A stretch of DNA of 64,000 nt from Obrimoposthia wandeli (taxonomy: Eukaryota). The position numbers and the translations under genes are program-made. The stretch spans positions 62,001 through 126,000 of the forward strand of contig CDROCS010001101.1 of the NCBI GenBank assembly GCA_977020255.1. The letters run 5' to 3'. The notes beneath the pieces were generated by a model. The model was not told where the DNA came from, ran no database searches, and worked only from the letters and a program-made list of their open reading frames with translations. This document shows positions 9,894-20,380 of the stretch, in pieces (positions within the stretch are counted from its first letter, which is position 1; each line of letters opens with the position of its first letter).

Positions 9894-10691
9894 TTAATTA
9901 TCGTGTTTAGATTGTAAAAGTTGATGTTGCTGGCTAATGAGTACTTTTAGTTCGGCAATATCTTGCTTTAAATCACCAACTTCAGTTTTTAACTCACCCA
10001 CACTTGTTGTATTTTTAAGGTTTTCTTCTCCACCATCAACAAACCAAGATGAAATGAAACCGGTAAACGTACCAAACAGGCCTACACCGGCAGTCATTAG
10101 CAATGCGGCAATGATACGGCCTCCTGTGGTGACGGGATAGTAATCACCATAACCGACAGTGGTTATTGTCACAAATGACCACCAAAGTGCGTCGATACCA
10201 TTATTGATGTTACTGCCAGCCTGATCTTGCTCTAATAACAAAATACCAACAGCACCAAAAGTGACAAGGATAAATGAGATTGCTGATACTAGCGAGAAGG
10301 TCGCTTTAAAGCGATGTTCAAAAATCATTTTTAAGATAATTTTTGATGAGCGTATATTCTGGACCGATCTTAATACTCTGGCAATACGGATGATGCGAAT
10401 AAACTGCAGTTGCTCGACCATCGGGATACTCGACAATAAGTCAATCCAACCCCATTTCATAAACTGCCATTTATTATCAGCTTGGTGAAAGCGAATGACA
10501 AAATCAGTGAAAAAGAATAAACAAATCGTATTATCTACGCTTGTTAATATTTCAGTGACGCTACTCGAAAGGGTGAAAACGAGTTGCAGTAGTGATGACA
10601 CCACAACATGCAGTGATAAAATAAGCATGAAAATTTGAAATGGATTTACGTCACTGTTATTTTTGATGTCACTTTTAATATTAGTTTTCAC
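9894..10691 (-). CDS. Voltage-gated-type potassium channel (ion transporter)
   Basis: Selectivity filter TTVGYGD; Arg-rich S4 helix RIIRIARVLR; GTG start with GAGG RBS. Confidence 0.9.
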   Translation of the reverse strand: MKTNIKSDIKNNSDVNPFQIFMLILSLHVVVSSLLQLVFTLSSSVTEILTSVDNTICLFFFTDFVIRFHQADNKWQFMKWGWIDLLSSIPMVEQLQFIRIIRIARVLRSVQNIRSSKIILKMIFEHRFKATFSLVSAISFILVTFGAVGILLLEQDQAGSNINNGIDALWWSFVTITTVGYGDYYPVTTGGRIIAALLMTAGVGLFGTFTGFISSWFVDGGEENLKNTTSVGELKTEVGDLKQDIAELKVLISQQHQLLQSKHDN

Positions 10692-10848
10692 AATCTGCGC
10701 CTCGATTCATTGATTTTGTTAATATAAACCTTAGTCGTTAGCAAAACAAAATATATTTACATCAATGTAGTTGTATCACTACACCAGCCTAGGCATATAT
10801 TAATACCAATATAGCCATATGCTTATCGCACTATAGGAGAAACAAGTT

Positions 10849-11172
10849 ATGTTCGTTATTATTTTTTACGTTCCTCAAGTCAATGTTGAAGAGGTAAAGC
10901 ACGCATTATTTAAAGTTGGCGCGGGCACCATTGGTGATTATGATAGTTGTGCTTGGCAATGTTTGGGGACAGGGCAGTTTCAACCCTTACTTGGTAGCCA
11001 ACCGCATATCGGAAAGTTAAATGAGGTTGAATTTGTTGATGAGTTTAGAGTGGAAATGGTTTGTCGCGCAGAGAATGTAAGGGCGGCAGTCAATGCACTT
11101 ATTGCTGCACACCCTTACGAGGAACCTGCTTATCATATTCTGCAAACATTGAACCTTGATGATTTACCTTAA
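10849..11172 (+). CDS. YqfO / NIF3-like (PII-like) small protein
   Basis: GAGTIGDYDSC, GTGQFQPL and AHPYEEPAY motifs; AGGAG RBS. Confidence 0.85.
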   Translation: MFVIIFYVPQVNVEEVKHALFKVGAGTIGDYDSCAWQCLGTGQFQPLLGSQPHIGKLNEVEFVDEFRVEMVCRAENVRAAVNALIAAHPYEEPAYHILQTLNLDDLP

Positions 11173-11213
11173 ACTTTAGCCGTTGTTGTACTTTATTAGT
11201 TCGCAACTCTCGG

Positions 11214-11945
11214 TTAGTTATTCGCAATTTTTACAATGTCAGCGATAGTTTTGGCACAAGTGATCGATATTAAACTATCCGATTCAGACCCCATTTTTAC
11301 GTCTGAGTTAGGTTTCATTACGCTCGTTCTAGTGGTTTTTCCCGACAGGTGTAATTCTGTTACTTGCGTAAGCTTGATTATCTCTACTGCATTAGCAGGG
11401 TTTACACCAGCACCTGGCATAATACTAATTCTGCCATCAGCTTGGTTAACTAGATCTTTAATTAAGTCACAGCCTTGTAATGCTTGGGCTTGTTGACCAG
11501 AGGTTAAAATACGCTCACAACCTGCTGTGATTAAGATTTCCAAGGCTTGTTGTGGATCATTACACAAGTCGAAAGCTCGGTGGAAGGTAACGCCGAGATC
11601 ACGTGATGCTGCCATTAAGCGTTTCAAAGCTGCTTCGTCAATATTCCCATCTGCTGTTAATGCGCCAATAACGACCCCTTGCACACCAAGTAACTTCATG
11701 AATTTGATGTCGGAAACCATGATATCGATTTCTTGTTCACTATATACAAAATCGCCAGCACGAGGGCGAATAATGGCGTAAATAGGGATAGTTGCTAGAT
11801 CAAGTGATTTTTGTACAAACCCTGCGTTGGCGGTTAAACCACCCAGTGCTAATGCCGAGCACAATTCAATACGATTGGCTCCAGATGCTTGAGCCGTCAA
11901 CAGTGACTCTATATTATCGACACATACTTCGATTGTAATTGTCAT
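11214..11945 (-). CDS. cutC: CutC family protein
   Basis: IEVCVD, RIELCSALALGGLT, IRPRAGDFVY, TFHRAFD and RILTSG motifs. Confidence 0.92.
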   Translation of the reverse strand: MTITIEVCVDNIESLLTAQASGANRIELCSALALGGLTANAGFVQKSLDLATIPIYAIIRPRAGDFVYSEQEIDIMVSDIKFMKLLGVQGVVIGALTADGNIDEAALKRLMAASRDLGVTFHRAFDLCNDPQQALEILITAGCERILTSGQQAQALQGCDLIKDLVNQADGRISIMPGAGVNPANAVEIIKLTQVTELHLSGKTTRTSVMKPNSDVKMGSESDSLISITCAKTIADIVKIANN

Positions 11946-12188
11946 AGGTTTCTCATTTAAAAATTAGATACAAATAATAAGCTAGCATAGGTCGTTTTAT
12001 ATAATATGAAAGGGAAAAAGGCGACTTAGCTCGCCTAGATCAATAATTATGGAAGAATACTGCTGCGTTGTGGTTAGTACTTTACTTTGGAAGTTAAATT
12101 GGTGAATCCGTAATCGGTTTATGCAAGTTAGGTCAAATACTTCAGCTAAACTCGTTACTCAAACGTTTGATAATGTTAAAGTGACTAA

Positions 12189-13214
12189 TTGAATAAAGAT
12201 TTTAGTGGAATAAATATGCAAGATGCGGGTATGTTGTTACGCATTGCTTATGAGGCAATGAAAGAGTTAGATATCGATGTGTCTGAAGTGCTCTCTCGTT
12301 GTCACATTAGTGAAGATGTATTGAATGATAAAGATTTGCGCACACCTAATGCCGCGCAAGCACATTTTTGGCAGGTCCTTGAAGATGTAACAAAAGATCC
12401 TGATATTGGCATTTCACTTGGTCAGCACATGCCTGTATTTACAGGGCAGGTATTACAGTATCTTTTTCTGAGTAGTCCGACATTCGGCACTGGTTGGGAA
12501 CGTGCAACAAAATATTTTCGATTAATCAGTGATGCGGCGAGTGTCTCTATTAAGGCGGAAGGCAATGAAGCGCGATTATCTGTGAACTTAGACGGTTTAA
12601 CAGAAGATGCTAATCGTCACTTGAATGATAGTCTGGTTATTGGTGCATTTAAGTTTTGCCTATATGTAACGGAAGGCGATTTTAAGGCAACAAAAATAGC
12701 CTTTGCCCATCCGCGCCCAAAAGACATTACTGCCTATACTAATATATTTACATGCCCGATTGAGTTTTCTGCAGAAGACAATTATATCTATTTCGATGCC
12801 GACTTACTTGAGCGTCCTTCTTCGCATGCAGAACCTGAGCTATTCGCCTTACACGATCAGCTTGCAAGCCGTAAAATAGCTAAGTTAGAGCTACAAGATT
12901 TAGTGGATAAAGTACGCAAGGTTATAGCCCAGCAACTGGAATCTGGCGTGGTGACATTAGAAAGCATCGCTACGGAACTTGATATGAAACCGCGTATGTT
13001 AAGAGCAAAATTAGCCGATATCGATTATAATTTCAATCAAATCTTAGCTGATTTTCGTTGTGAACTGTCGAAGAAACTATTGGCGAATACCAATGAAACA
13101 ATCGATCAGATCGTTTATCTCACTGGTTTTTCTGAGCCAAGTACTTTTTATCGTGCGTTTAAACGTTGGATGCAGATGACACCCATCGAATACCGTCGTA
13201 GCAAGCGTCGCTAA
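12189..13214 (+). CDS. AraC-family transcriptional regulator
   Basis: C-terminal HTH LTGFSEPSTFYRAFKRWMQMTPIEYR. Start is uncertain (TTG 12189 or ATG 12216). Confidence 0.88.
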   Translation: MNKDFSGINMQDAGMLLRIAYEAMKELDIDVSEVLSRCHISEDVLNDKDLRTPNAAQAHFWQVLEDVTKDPDIGISLGQHMPVFTGQVLQYLFLSSPTFGTGWERATKYFRLISDAASVSIKAEGNEARLSVNLDGLTEDANRHLNDSLVIGAFKFCLYVTEGDFKATKIAFAHPRPKDITAYTNIFTCPIEFSAEDNYIYFDADLLERPSSHAEPELFALHDQLASRKIAKLELQDLVDKVRKVIAQQLESGVVTLESIATELDMKPRMLRAKLADIDYNFNQILADFRCELSKKLLANTNETIDQIVYLTGFSEPSTFYRAFKRWMQMTPIEYRRSKRR

Positions 13215-14638
13215 GCGCCAAGTAACGATTGACCGCAAATCCTGATGGTATTACCGGTCACACCACCAGCCTGTGGTTGCGCAAAAAAAGCAATTGCTTC
13301 AGCAACATCAACAGGCTTACCACCTTGTTTCAATGAATTCATCCGACGACCCGCTTCTCGAACGGTAAAAGGAATGGCTGCGGTCATCTTCGTTTCGATA
13401 AACCCTGGGGCTACGGCATTAATGGTGATGTGTTTTTCTGCGAGCGGTTTCTGCATTGCATCTACATAGCCAATCACTGCCGCCTTCGAGGTCGCATAAT
13501 TAGTTTGACCAAAGTTACCCGCAATCCCACTCATCGAAGATACACATACAATCCGGCCATATTCGTTGAGCAAATCATCGTTTAGCAGTCGCTCATTGAT
13601 TCTTTCCATTGCCGACAGATTAATATCCATCAGCACGTCCCAATGGGTATCCGGCATACGCGCTAGGGTTTTGTCTTTTGTTACCCCTGCATTATGAACA
13701 ATGATATCAAGCGCATGCTCTCGCGACTGTTCTCGCACAAAGTCAGCAATGATATCAGGGGCGTCAGCAGTGGTAATATCAGCAACAATGCTACTACCTT
13801 TCAAGCGATGGGCTACTTTTTCAAGGTCCTGTTTTAATGCTGGTATGTCTAAGCAAATAACATGTGCGCCATCACGGGCAAGTGTTTCAGCAATAGCAGC
13901 CCCGATGCCACGTGATGCACCAGTAACAAGTGCTGTTTTTCCTTGTAGTGGTTTTGCTGTGTTAACAGCGCCTGAAATAGCGCCGGGCTTTACGTTTATA
14001 ACCTGCGCTGAAATATAGGCTGATTTTACTGAGGTTAAGAAACGTAGTGGGGCCTCTAATAATTGCTCACTACCAGGTTGTACATAGATAAGTTGACAGG
14101 TACTACCATTCTTGCCTATTTCTTTGGCGACACTGCGACAAAAACCTTCTAAAGATCGCTGTACAGTCGCGTAGCTTACATCGTCAAGATGTTCACTCGG
14201 CCGACCCAACACTATCACTCTGCTACAGGGCGAGAGTTGCTTAATAACAGGTTGAAAAAAACGGTGTAGCGCGCTTAATTGCTTGCTGGTCTTAATACCA
14301 GAGGCATCAAATATAATACCGTTGAAGCGCTCTGTTTTAGCGATAGCATTAAGGCTAATTGGTGTCGCGACTAAAGACGTTTCATTAAACTCAATATTAA
14401 GGTCAGCTAACGCTGATGTGTTATTAGGATAAGAAATCGTGACTTCAGCATCTTTAAATGTATTAAGAATGGGTTTAATTAATTTGCTGTTGCTGGCTGC
14501 GCCGATGAGTAAATTGCCAGAGATGAGATCGGTTCCCTGTTGATAACGTTTCAACGTGACCGGTTGTGGCAGATTAAGCGCTTTAAATATACCTGATGTC
14601 CACTTGCCATTAGCGAGTTTTGCGTATGTGTCCGTCAT
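13211..14638 (-). CDS. 3-oxoacyl-ACP reductase, long FabG4-like SDR
   Basis: VTGASRGIG, NAGVTKD and YATSK motifs with a long N-terminal domain. ATG at 14638 has an AAGGA RBS. Confidence 0.88.
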   Translation of the reverse strand: MTDTYAKLANGKWTSGIFKALNLPQPVTLKRYQQGTDLISGNLLIGAASNSKLIKPILNTFKDAEVTISYPNNTSALADLNIEFNETSLVATPISLNAIAKTERFNGIIFDASGIKTSKQLSALHRFFQPVIKQLSPCSRVIVLGRPSEHLDDVSYATVQRSLEGFCRSVAKEIGKNGSTCQLIYVQPGSEQLLEAPLRFLTSVKSAYISAQVINVKPGAISGAVNTAKPLQGKTALVTGASRGIGAAIAETLARDGAHVICLDIPALKQDLEKVAHRLKGSSIVADITTADAPDIIADFVREQSREHALDIIVHNAGVTKDKTLARMPDTHWDVLMDINLSAMERINERLLNDDLLNEYGRIVCVSSMSGIAGNFGQTNYATSKAAVIGYVDAMQKPLAEKHITINAVAPGFIETKMTAAIPFTVREAGRRMNSLKQGGKPVDVAEAIAFFAQPQAGGVTGNTIRICGQSLLGA

Positions 14639-14960
14639 TTTATAATCCTTGTTATAGTGAACAGCTTTAATCTCGAAGATGAACATGTGTTAAAAATTAT
14701 CTGATAGCTATGACTTATCTGCCACCACGTAATAATAAATAGACCAGTTCATTACATCGTTAATCGATATAGTATAACTAAATACTAAGTAAATTATAAT
14801 GATAAGACTGTGATCGTATTTGTACTTGGATCATACCCTGATCAACAAATAATCAAATTAGAGTTTTTATTTTAAACTTGTATCAACAATGTTACATTAA
14901 TGTATCTTGCGTCTAATGTGCTACGGGCATATTTAAGTCACTAAATTAAAGGAATAAACC

Positions 14961-16241
14961 ATGACAGGTCAAACAATAAGAAGAGTAGCAATTATCGGCG
15001 GTAACCGTATCCCGTTTGCACGTTCAAATACAGCGTATTCAAAATTAAGTAACCAAGACATGCTGACGGAAACTATCCGTGGCTTGGTGGTTAAATATAA
15101 CCTACGTGGTGAGCAGCTTGGTGAAGTTGTTGCTGGCGCGGTAATTAAGCATTCTCGTGATTTTAACTTAACACGTGAAGCCGTGCTAAGTGCAGGTCTT
15201 GCACCTGAAACTCCTTGTTATGATATTCAACAAGCTTGTGGTACTGGTCTAGCTGCTGCGATCCAAGTAGCAAACAAAATTGCACTTGGTCAAATCGAAG
15301 CCGGTATTGCTGGTGGTTCTGATACGACATCTGATGCTCCGATTGCAGTCAGTGAAGGTATGCGCAGTGTATTACTTGAGCTTAATAGAGCTAAAACGGG
15401 TAAACAACGTTTGAAAGCGCTATCTCGTCTACGTCTAAAACACTTTGCGCCGCTAACGCCTGCAAATAAAGAACCGCGTACTAAAATGGCAATGGGCGAT
15501 CACTGTCAAGTAACAGCGAAAGAGTGGAATATCTCACGTGAAGCACAAGATGCATTGGCCTGTGCCAGTCATCAAAAATTAGCTGCAGCATATGAAGAAG
15601 GTTTCTTCGATACGTTAGTGTCACCTATGGCTGGTCTAACGAAAGATAACGTATTACGTGCAGACACAACTGTTGAAAAATTAGCTAAATTAAAACCTTG
15701 TTTTGATAAAGTTAACGGCACGATGACGGCGGGTAATAGTACCAATCTTACTGATGGCGCATCTGCAGTATTACTTGCAAGTGAAGAGTGGGCTGCGGCA
15801 CATAATTTACCTGTACAAGCTTACTTAACATTTGGCGAAACGGCAGCTATCGACTTCGTTGATAAGAAAGAAGGTCTGTTAATGGCGCCAGCTTATGCTG
15901 TACCAAAAATGCTTAAGCGCGCAGGTCTGACGTTACAAGATTTCGATTACTATGAAATTCATGAAGCATTTGCAGCGCAAGTTCTATCGACGTTAGCAGC
16001 TTGGGAAGATGAAACATTCTGTAAAGAGAAACTAGGCCTAGATGCTGCGCTTGGTTCAATTGATATGACTAAGTTAAACGTGAAAGGTAGCAGCTTAGCA
16101 ACGGGTCATCCATTTGCTGCGACTGGTGGTCGTGTTGTCGCTACATTAGCACAGCTACTTGACCAGAAAGGTTCAGGTCGTGGTTTGATCTCGATTTGTG
16201 CTGCTGGTGGTCAAGGTATCACGGCTATTCTAGAAAAATAG
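14961..16241 (+). CDS. Acetyl-CoA C-acyltransferase (thiolase, FadA2-like)
   Basis: QQACGTG, EIHEAFAAQ, GHPFAATGGR and CAAGGQG motifs; AAGGA RBS. Confidence 0.92.
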   Translation: MTGQTIRRVAIIGGNRIPFARSNTAYSKLSNQDMLTETIRGLVVKYNLRGEQLGEVVAGAVIKHSRDFNLTREAVLSAGLAPETPCYDIQQACGTGLAAAIQVANKIALGQIEAGIAGGSDTTSDAPIAVSEGMRSVLLELNRAKTGKQRLKALSRLRLKHFAPLTPANKEPRTKMAMGDHCQVTAKEWNISREAQDALACASHQKLAAAYEEGFFDTLVSPMAGLTKDNVLRADTTVEKLAKLKPCFDKVNGTMTAGNSTNLTDGASAVLLASEEWAAAHNLPVQAYLTFGETAAIDFVDKKEGLLMAPAYAVPKMLKRAGLTLQDFDYYEIHEAFAAQVLSTLAAWEDETFCKEKLGLDAALGSIDMTKLNVKGSSLATGHPFAATGGRVVATLAQLLDQKGSGRGLISICAAGGQGITAILEK

Positions 16242-16268
16242 TTAATGTGAACACCCAGAAACAGTGTG

Positions 16269-16296
16269 AATCCAGCCCTTATTAGAGGGCTGGATT
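16269..16296. terminator. Hairpin terminator between convergent thiolase and M48 genes
   Basis: AATCCAGCCCT-TATTAG-AGGGCTGGATT, 11-bp stem. Confidence 0.7.
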
Positions 16297-16303
16297 TTAG
16301 GCG

Positions 16304-17338
16304 TTATTGGGAGCCAATGTGGTTTATTTCATTAATACGCTTATCTATGTCAGGATGTGAACTTAACCAACTTGAAGAGGTTAAAGGTTCGCTTTCTAGC
16401 CGTATCAATATCTGCTCTAGTGGTTGCACAGAACCATATTCGGACAATAATACTTCTGCTGCGAATCTATCCGCTTCAAGTTCAGCCTGTTGAGAATAGT
16501 CTAGTGATAGTAGTAGCACACTGGCACTCGCCAAAATATCACCCACACCAGTCGCATCTCCCACTATATAATTGACCAGCACAGATAATATCGATGATTC
16601 AACAAGTTGTTTTAAAATATGGTTGTGATGCTGATGTCCTATTTCATGCAACAATACCGCTCTTAACTCTCGATCATCTTGTGCAAGCAGGATAAGTTCA
16701 TCCGTTAGAATAATCGTGCCATCAGTTAAAGTAAACGCATTGGCCGTATTAGCTAAAGATCGAAATAATAACGTAGGCTCTCGGTGAAAAACGATAGTTG
16801 TTGCGTTGATATTATCTAATAACTGAGTCAGTTCACTTTGTCTTTTGGCTGATAATGTTGATGGCGTGAAATTGTGCTGGTCTAAATATTCTAAGGTGTA
16901 GTCGGCTATATTTTTTTCCACACTAGGAGGGATAGACTGTGCGATCACGCCACTGATCATCGGGATCCCTGAGCTTATGATATACCAAGCCGATAAACAG
17001 CTTAGTAATATACTTGTAAGGATAACGATACTATTTTTTTCTAGTGCATGTAGCCAAGACGGTTTTTTATGTTGGCGTAGCCAGCTGTCGATACTAGCGT
17101 TATCATCGGCCGTAAACGCCCAGCCACTAACAAATGTCACGCTACGAGGAATAGTACCTAAAGCATGAGATATAATTATGTTACTTATATCTGCTTTTAA
17201 GTCAGAATCTTTAGCGGCTAAAATATCATCCGTAACTCTGCTCAGAACACATTCAATACCGCCATCGGAATTAAGTCTTAACTCAGCAGGTATTATAATG
17301 GCTGATGCGGGTGCAACAGCCTTACCCTGAATGATCAT
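16304..17338 (-). CDS. M48-family metallopeptidase
   Basis: HEIGH, YSQQAELEAD and LSSHPD motifs; one TM helix; 4-nt overlap with the upstream gene. Confidence 0.88.
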   Translation of the reverse strand: MIIQGKAVAPASAIIIPAELRLNSDGGIECVLSRVTDDILAAKDSDLKADISNIIISHALGTIPRSVTFVSGWAFTADDNASIDSWLRQHKKPSWLHALEKNSIVILTSILLSCLSAWYIISSGIPMISGVIAQSIPPSVEKNIADYTLEYLDQHNFTPSTLSAKRQSELTQLLDNINATTIVFHREPTLLFRSLANTANAFTLTDGTIILTDELILLAQDDRELRAVLLHEIGHQHHNHILKQLVESSILSVLVNYIVGDATGVGDILASASVLLLSLDYSQQAELEADRFAAEVLLSEYGSVQPLEQILIRLESEPLTSSSWLSSHPDIDKRINEINHIGSQ

Positions 17339-18459
17339 ATAACGCTAATGCCTAGATCAAATGCTTGGGATAATTCATCCGCAATGGCACCGGATTCATT
17401 TTTAATCAGGTCTGTTGCATCAGTGAGGGCCAAGTCACCATCAACTTGTGTAACGGATGCAATATAATTTGCATGTCGAATCATGGTAAATGGTCGGGCT
17501 AAACCAAGGGTACATACGATTATCAGTAAGTTTGTTAAGAGTAAGGTGAGGTAGGGGGTTACAGCCATTGTTGAAATAGGTTGTATTTGATTATCAAGTT
17601 TCGTTGCCGAGTAAATATATTGACGAATTCGAACTGTGAAATATACCTGTGAAAGTAGCATGCCTAATACCATCGCTATGTAAGCCAAGAATAATGTAGC
17701 ACTGATACCTGATTCTTTGCTCAAACTAGTGATGCTATTCATTCCTACATTGAAAAAGCTTAATACGACAGCAATGGCGACGAAAATAAGTGTCGTGAGC
17801 ATGATACATTTGGCAGATATTTTACAAATTTCTTTCGTTTTTAAGTTTGTAGCGAAAAGCAAGTTACCATAACCAGTATTGTCGATGATATATTGATTCA
17901 TCGCCGTTATCACCCAAGCTAATAAGATCGGTGAAGCGATAAAAAACAATGCCAGTAAAAGTATCACACCGAATGTTTTTGAGTGGGGCATAATAAAGAA
18001 CAAAGTGGCAGCAAAGGTTAATCCAATCGCAATATAAGCTGCAAGCGGTTTTAATAGTATAACGATATAAGCACTTTTATAAGAACCAATAAAATTGAAA
18101 CGTACATTTCTAAATTGTGTCATCTTCATATCGAAACGTAGGTTTCGAACCACTAAAACGGGATAAATAAGAAAGAAGGCGAGCATGATAACAACCGCTA
18201 TTTTGGGTGAGAATGCATTTAAGGCGGCCCATATACTGACGGCAATAACGGCAATAATTCGACCAATTAAGATCTGTTTAGGTTGTGCTAAGTAATCAAA
18301 TCGATCACCGGCAAGCTCTGTATTGCCATAGAAATATTTGTGGGTTCGGACCTTAGCCCATGCTGAATAGATACCAAGTGTTATAATACTTAACAGAATA
18401 TTCACGATCCAAATACCAAAATATTCCTTTCCTTTACCATGAAACTTAAACTGATGCAT
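17335..18459 (-). CDS. YjgN / DUF898 inner-membrane protein
   Basis: FHGKGKEYFGIWIVNILLSIITLGIYSAWAKVR signature; multiple TM helices. Confidence 0.88.
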   Translation of the reverse strand: MHQFKFHGKGKEYFGIWIVNILLSIITLGIYSAWAKVRTHKYFYGNTELAGDRFDYLAQPKQILIGRIIAVIAVSIWAALNAFSPKIAVVIMLAFFLIYPVLVVRNLRFDMKMTQFRNVRFNFIGSYKSAYIVILLKPLAAYIAIGLTFAATLFFIMPHSKTFGVILLLALFFIASPILLAWVITAMNQYIIDNTGYGNLLFATNLKTKEICKISAKCIMLTTLIFVAIAVVLSFFNVGMNSITSLSKESGISATLFLAYIAMVLGMLLSQVYFTVRIRQYIYSATKLDNQIQPISTMAVTPYLTLLLTNLLIIVCTLGLARPFTMIRHANYIASVTQVDGDLALTDATDLIKNESGAIADELSQAFDLGISVI

Positions 18460-18485
18460 TTTTATTCCTTTGCGCTTACCGTGTA

Positions 18486-18504
18486 AATGAGAATCATTAT
18501 CAGT
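18486..18504. promoter_or_regulatory. Fur box
   Basis: AATGAGAATCATTATCAGT matches AATGANAATNATTNTCATT at 18/19 positions; 27 nt upstream of the yjgN-like start. Confidence 0.7.
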
Positions 18505-18647
18505 ATGGTAGCATAATTTAAAGTCTACTTAAAAGGGGATATGTCATATTAAGAGGAAAATAGAGGTATTAGTTAAGGTATTTATGTCTTTGTTTATAAA
18601 GATGTTATGTAAAATAAATATACAGTTGCACGACAGGTTATTTACAA

Positions 18648-18675
18648 ATAAAAAAGCAGCACCGAAGTGCTGCTT
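18648..18675 (-). terminator. asnB terminator
   Basis: On the minus strand: AAGCAGCAC-TTCG-GTGCTGCTT followed by a T run. Confidence 0.85.
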
Positions 18676-18712
18676 GATTGTAAATGTGATTTACCGAAAC
18701 GTTAAGATTAGA

Positions 18713-20380
18713 TTAGTCTTCGTAAGCTTCGTTATGAACACCTGCAGCACGACCTGAAGGATCAGCATTGTTTTGGAAACTTGCATCCCATGCTAATGCT
18801 TCTACAGTTGAACAGGCTACAGACTTACCAAACGGTACGCATTTAGCTGCTGAGTCACCAGGGAAGTGATCTTCAAAGATTGCACGGTAGTAGTAACCTT
18901 CTTTAGTATCAGGTGTGTTGATTGGGAACTTGAATGCTGCACTTGCTAGCATTTGATCTGTTACCGCTTCTTCAACGTGTACTTTTAATTGATCAATCCA
19001 AGAATAGCCAACTCCATCAGAGAACTGTTCTTTTTGACGCCATACAATCTCTTCTGGTAATAAATCTTCAAACGCTTCACGAATGATGTTTTTCTCGATG
19101 CGATCGCCCGTGATCATCTTCAATTCAGGGTTGATACGCATTGCAGTATCGACAAACTCTTTATCTAGGAAAGGTACACGTGCTTCGATACCCCAAGCTG
19201 CCATAGATTTGTTTGCGCGTAGGCAGTCAAACATATGTAGTTTAGATACTTTACGCACAGTTTCTTCATGGAACTCTTTCGCATTAGGTGCTTTGTGGAA
19301 ATACAAGTAACCACCAAACAACTCATCGGCACCTTCACCAGAAAGTACCATTTTGATGCCCATCGCTTTAATTTTACGCGCCATCAAATACATAGGTGTT
19401 GACGCACGAATAGTCGTTACATCGTATGTTTCAATATGGTAGATAACATCACGTAATGCATCGATACCGTCTTGTACTGTAAATTCGATCGAGTGATGAA
19501 TCGTACCCAAATGGTCTGCCACTTTTTGTGCAGCCGCTAAATCTGGAGAACCGTTCAAACCTACCGAGAAAGAGTGTAGTTGTGGCCACCAAGCTTCAGT
19601 TTTACCACCGTCTTCAATACGACGTTTTGCATACAGCTGAGTCACAGCTGAAATAACAGATGAATCTAAACCACCAGATAATAATACGCCATAAGGCACA
19701 TCACACATTAGCTGACGTTTAATTGCTTGTTCTAAGCCTTCTTTCACTACTTCTTTGCTACCACCATTGTTTGCAACAGCATCAAACTCTTTCCAATCAC
19801 GTTGGTAATAAGGTGTTACTTGACCATCTTTACTCCACAGGTAATGGCCTGCAGGGAATTCTTCGATTTGTGTACAAACAGGTACTAATGCTTTCATTTC
19901 TGATGCAACGTAGAAGTTACCGTGTTCGTCATAGCCAGTATAGAGTGGGATTATACCAAGATGATCGCGACCAATTAGGTAAGCGTCTTCTGTTTCGTCA
20001 TATAAAGCAAAGGCAAAGATACCATTCAGATCGTCTAAAAACTGAGTACCTTTCTCTTTATATAGCGCAAGGATAATTTCACAATCTGATTCTGTTTGAA
20101 ATTCAAAATCTACATTGAGTGTTTTCTTTAAATCTTTATGGTTATAAATTTCACCATTAACAGCAAGTACGTGCGTCTTTTCTTCATTGTATAACGGTTG
20201 AGCACCATTATTAACATCAACAATTGCAAGGCGTTCATGAACTAAAATAGCATTATCGTTAGTATAGATACCTGACCAATCTGGGCCACGGTGACGTAAC
20301 AGTTTTGATAGCTCTAATGCTTTTTCACGAAGAGGTTTAATGTCTGACTTGATGTCTAAAATTCCGAATATTGAGCACAT
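18713..20380 (-). CDS. asnB: Asparagine synthetase B (glutamine-hydrolysing)
   Basis: N-terminal MCSIFG, RHRGPDW, LLSGGLDSS and SGEGADE motifs. Confidence 0.96.
   Translation of the reverse strand: MCSIFGILDIKSDIKPLREKALELSKLLRHRGPDWSGIYTNDNAILVHERLAIVDVNNGAQPLYNEEKTHVLAVNGEIYNHKDLKKTLNVDFEFQTESDCEIILALYKEKGTQFLDDLNGIFAFALYDETEDAYLIGRDHLGIIPLYTGYDEHGNFYVASEMKALVPVCTQIEEFPAGHYLWSKDGQVTPYYQRDWKEFDAVANNGGSKEVVKEGLEQAIKRQLMCDVPYGVLLSGGLDSSVISAVTQLYAKRRIEDGGKTEAWWPQLHSFSVGLNGSPDLAAAQKVADHLGTIHHSIEFTVQDGIDALRDVIYHIETYDVTTIRASTPMYLMARKIKAMGIKMVLSGEGADELFGGYLYFHKAPNAKEFHEETVRKVSKLHMFDCLRANKSMAAWGIEARVPFLDKEFVDTAMRINPELKMITGDRIEKNIIREAFEDLLPEEIVWRQKEQFSDGVGYSWIDQLKVHVEEAVTDQMLASAAFKFPINTPDTKEGYYYRAIFEDHFPGDSAAKCVPFGKSVACSTVEALAWDASFQNNADPSGRAAGVHNEAYED

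Noticed and set aside
12159-12170. Palindrome TCAAACGTTTGA as a PsrA-type operator
   Set aside because: Zero-length spacer does not fit the CAAAC-N2-4-GTTTG pattern; too short to support a call.
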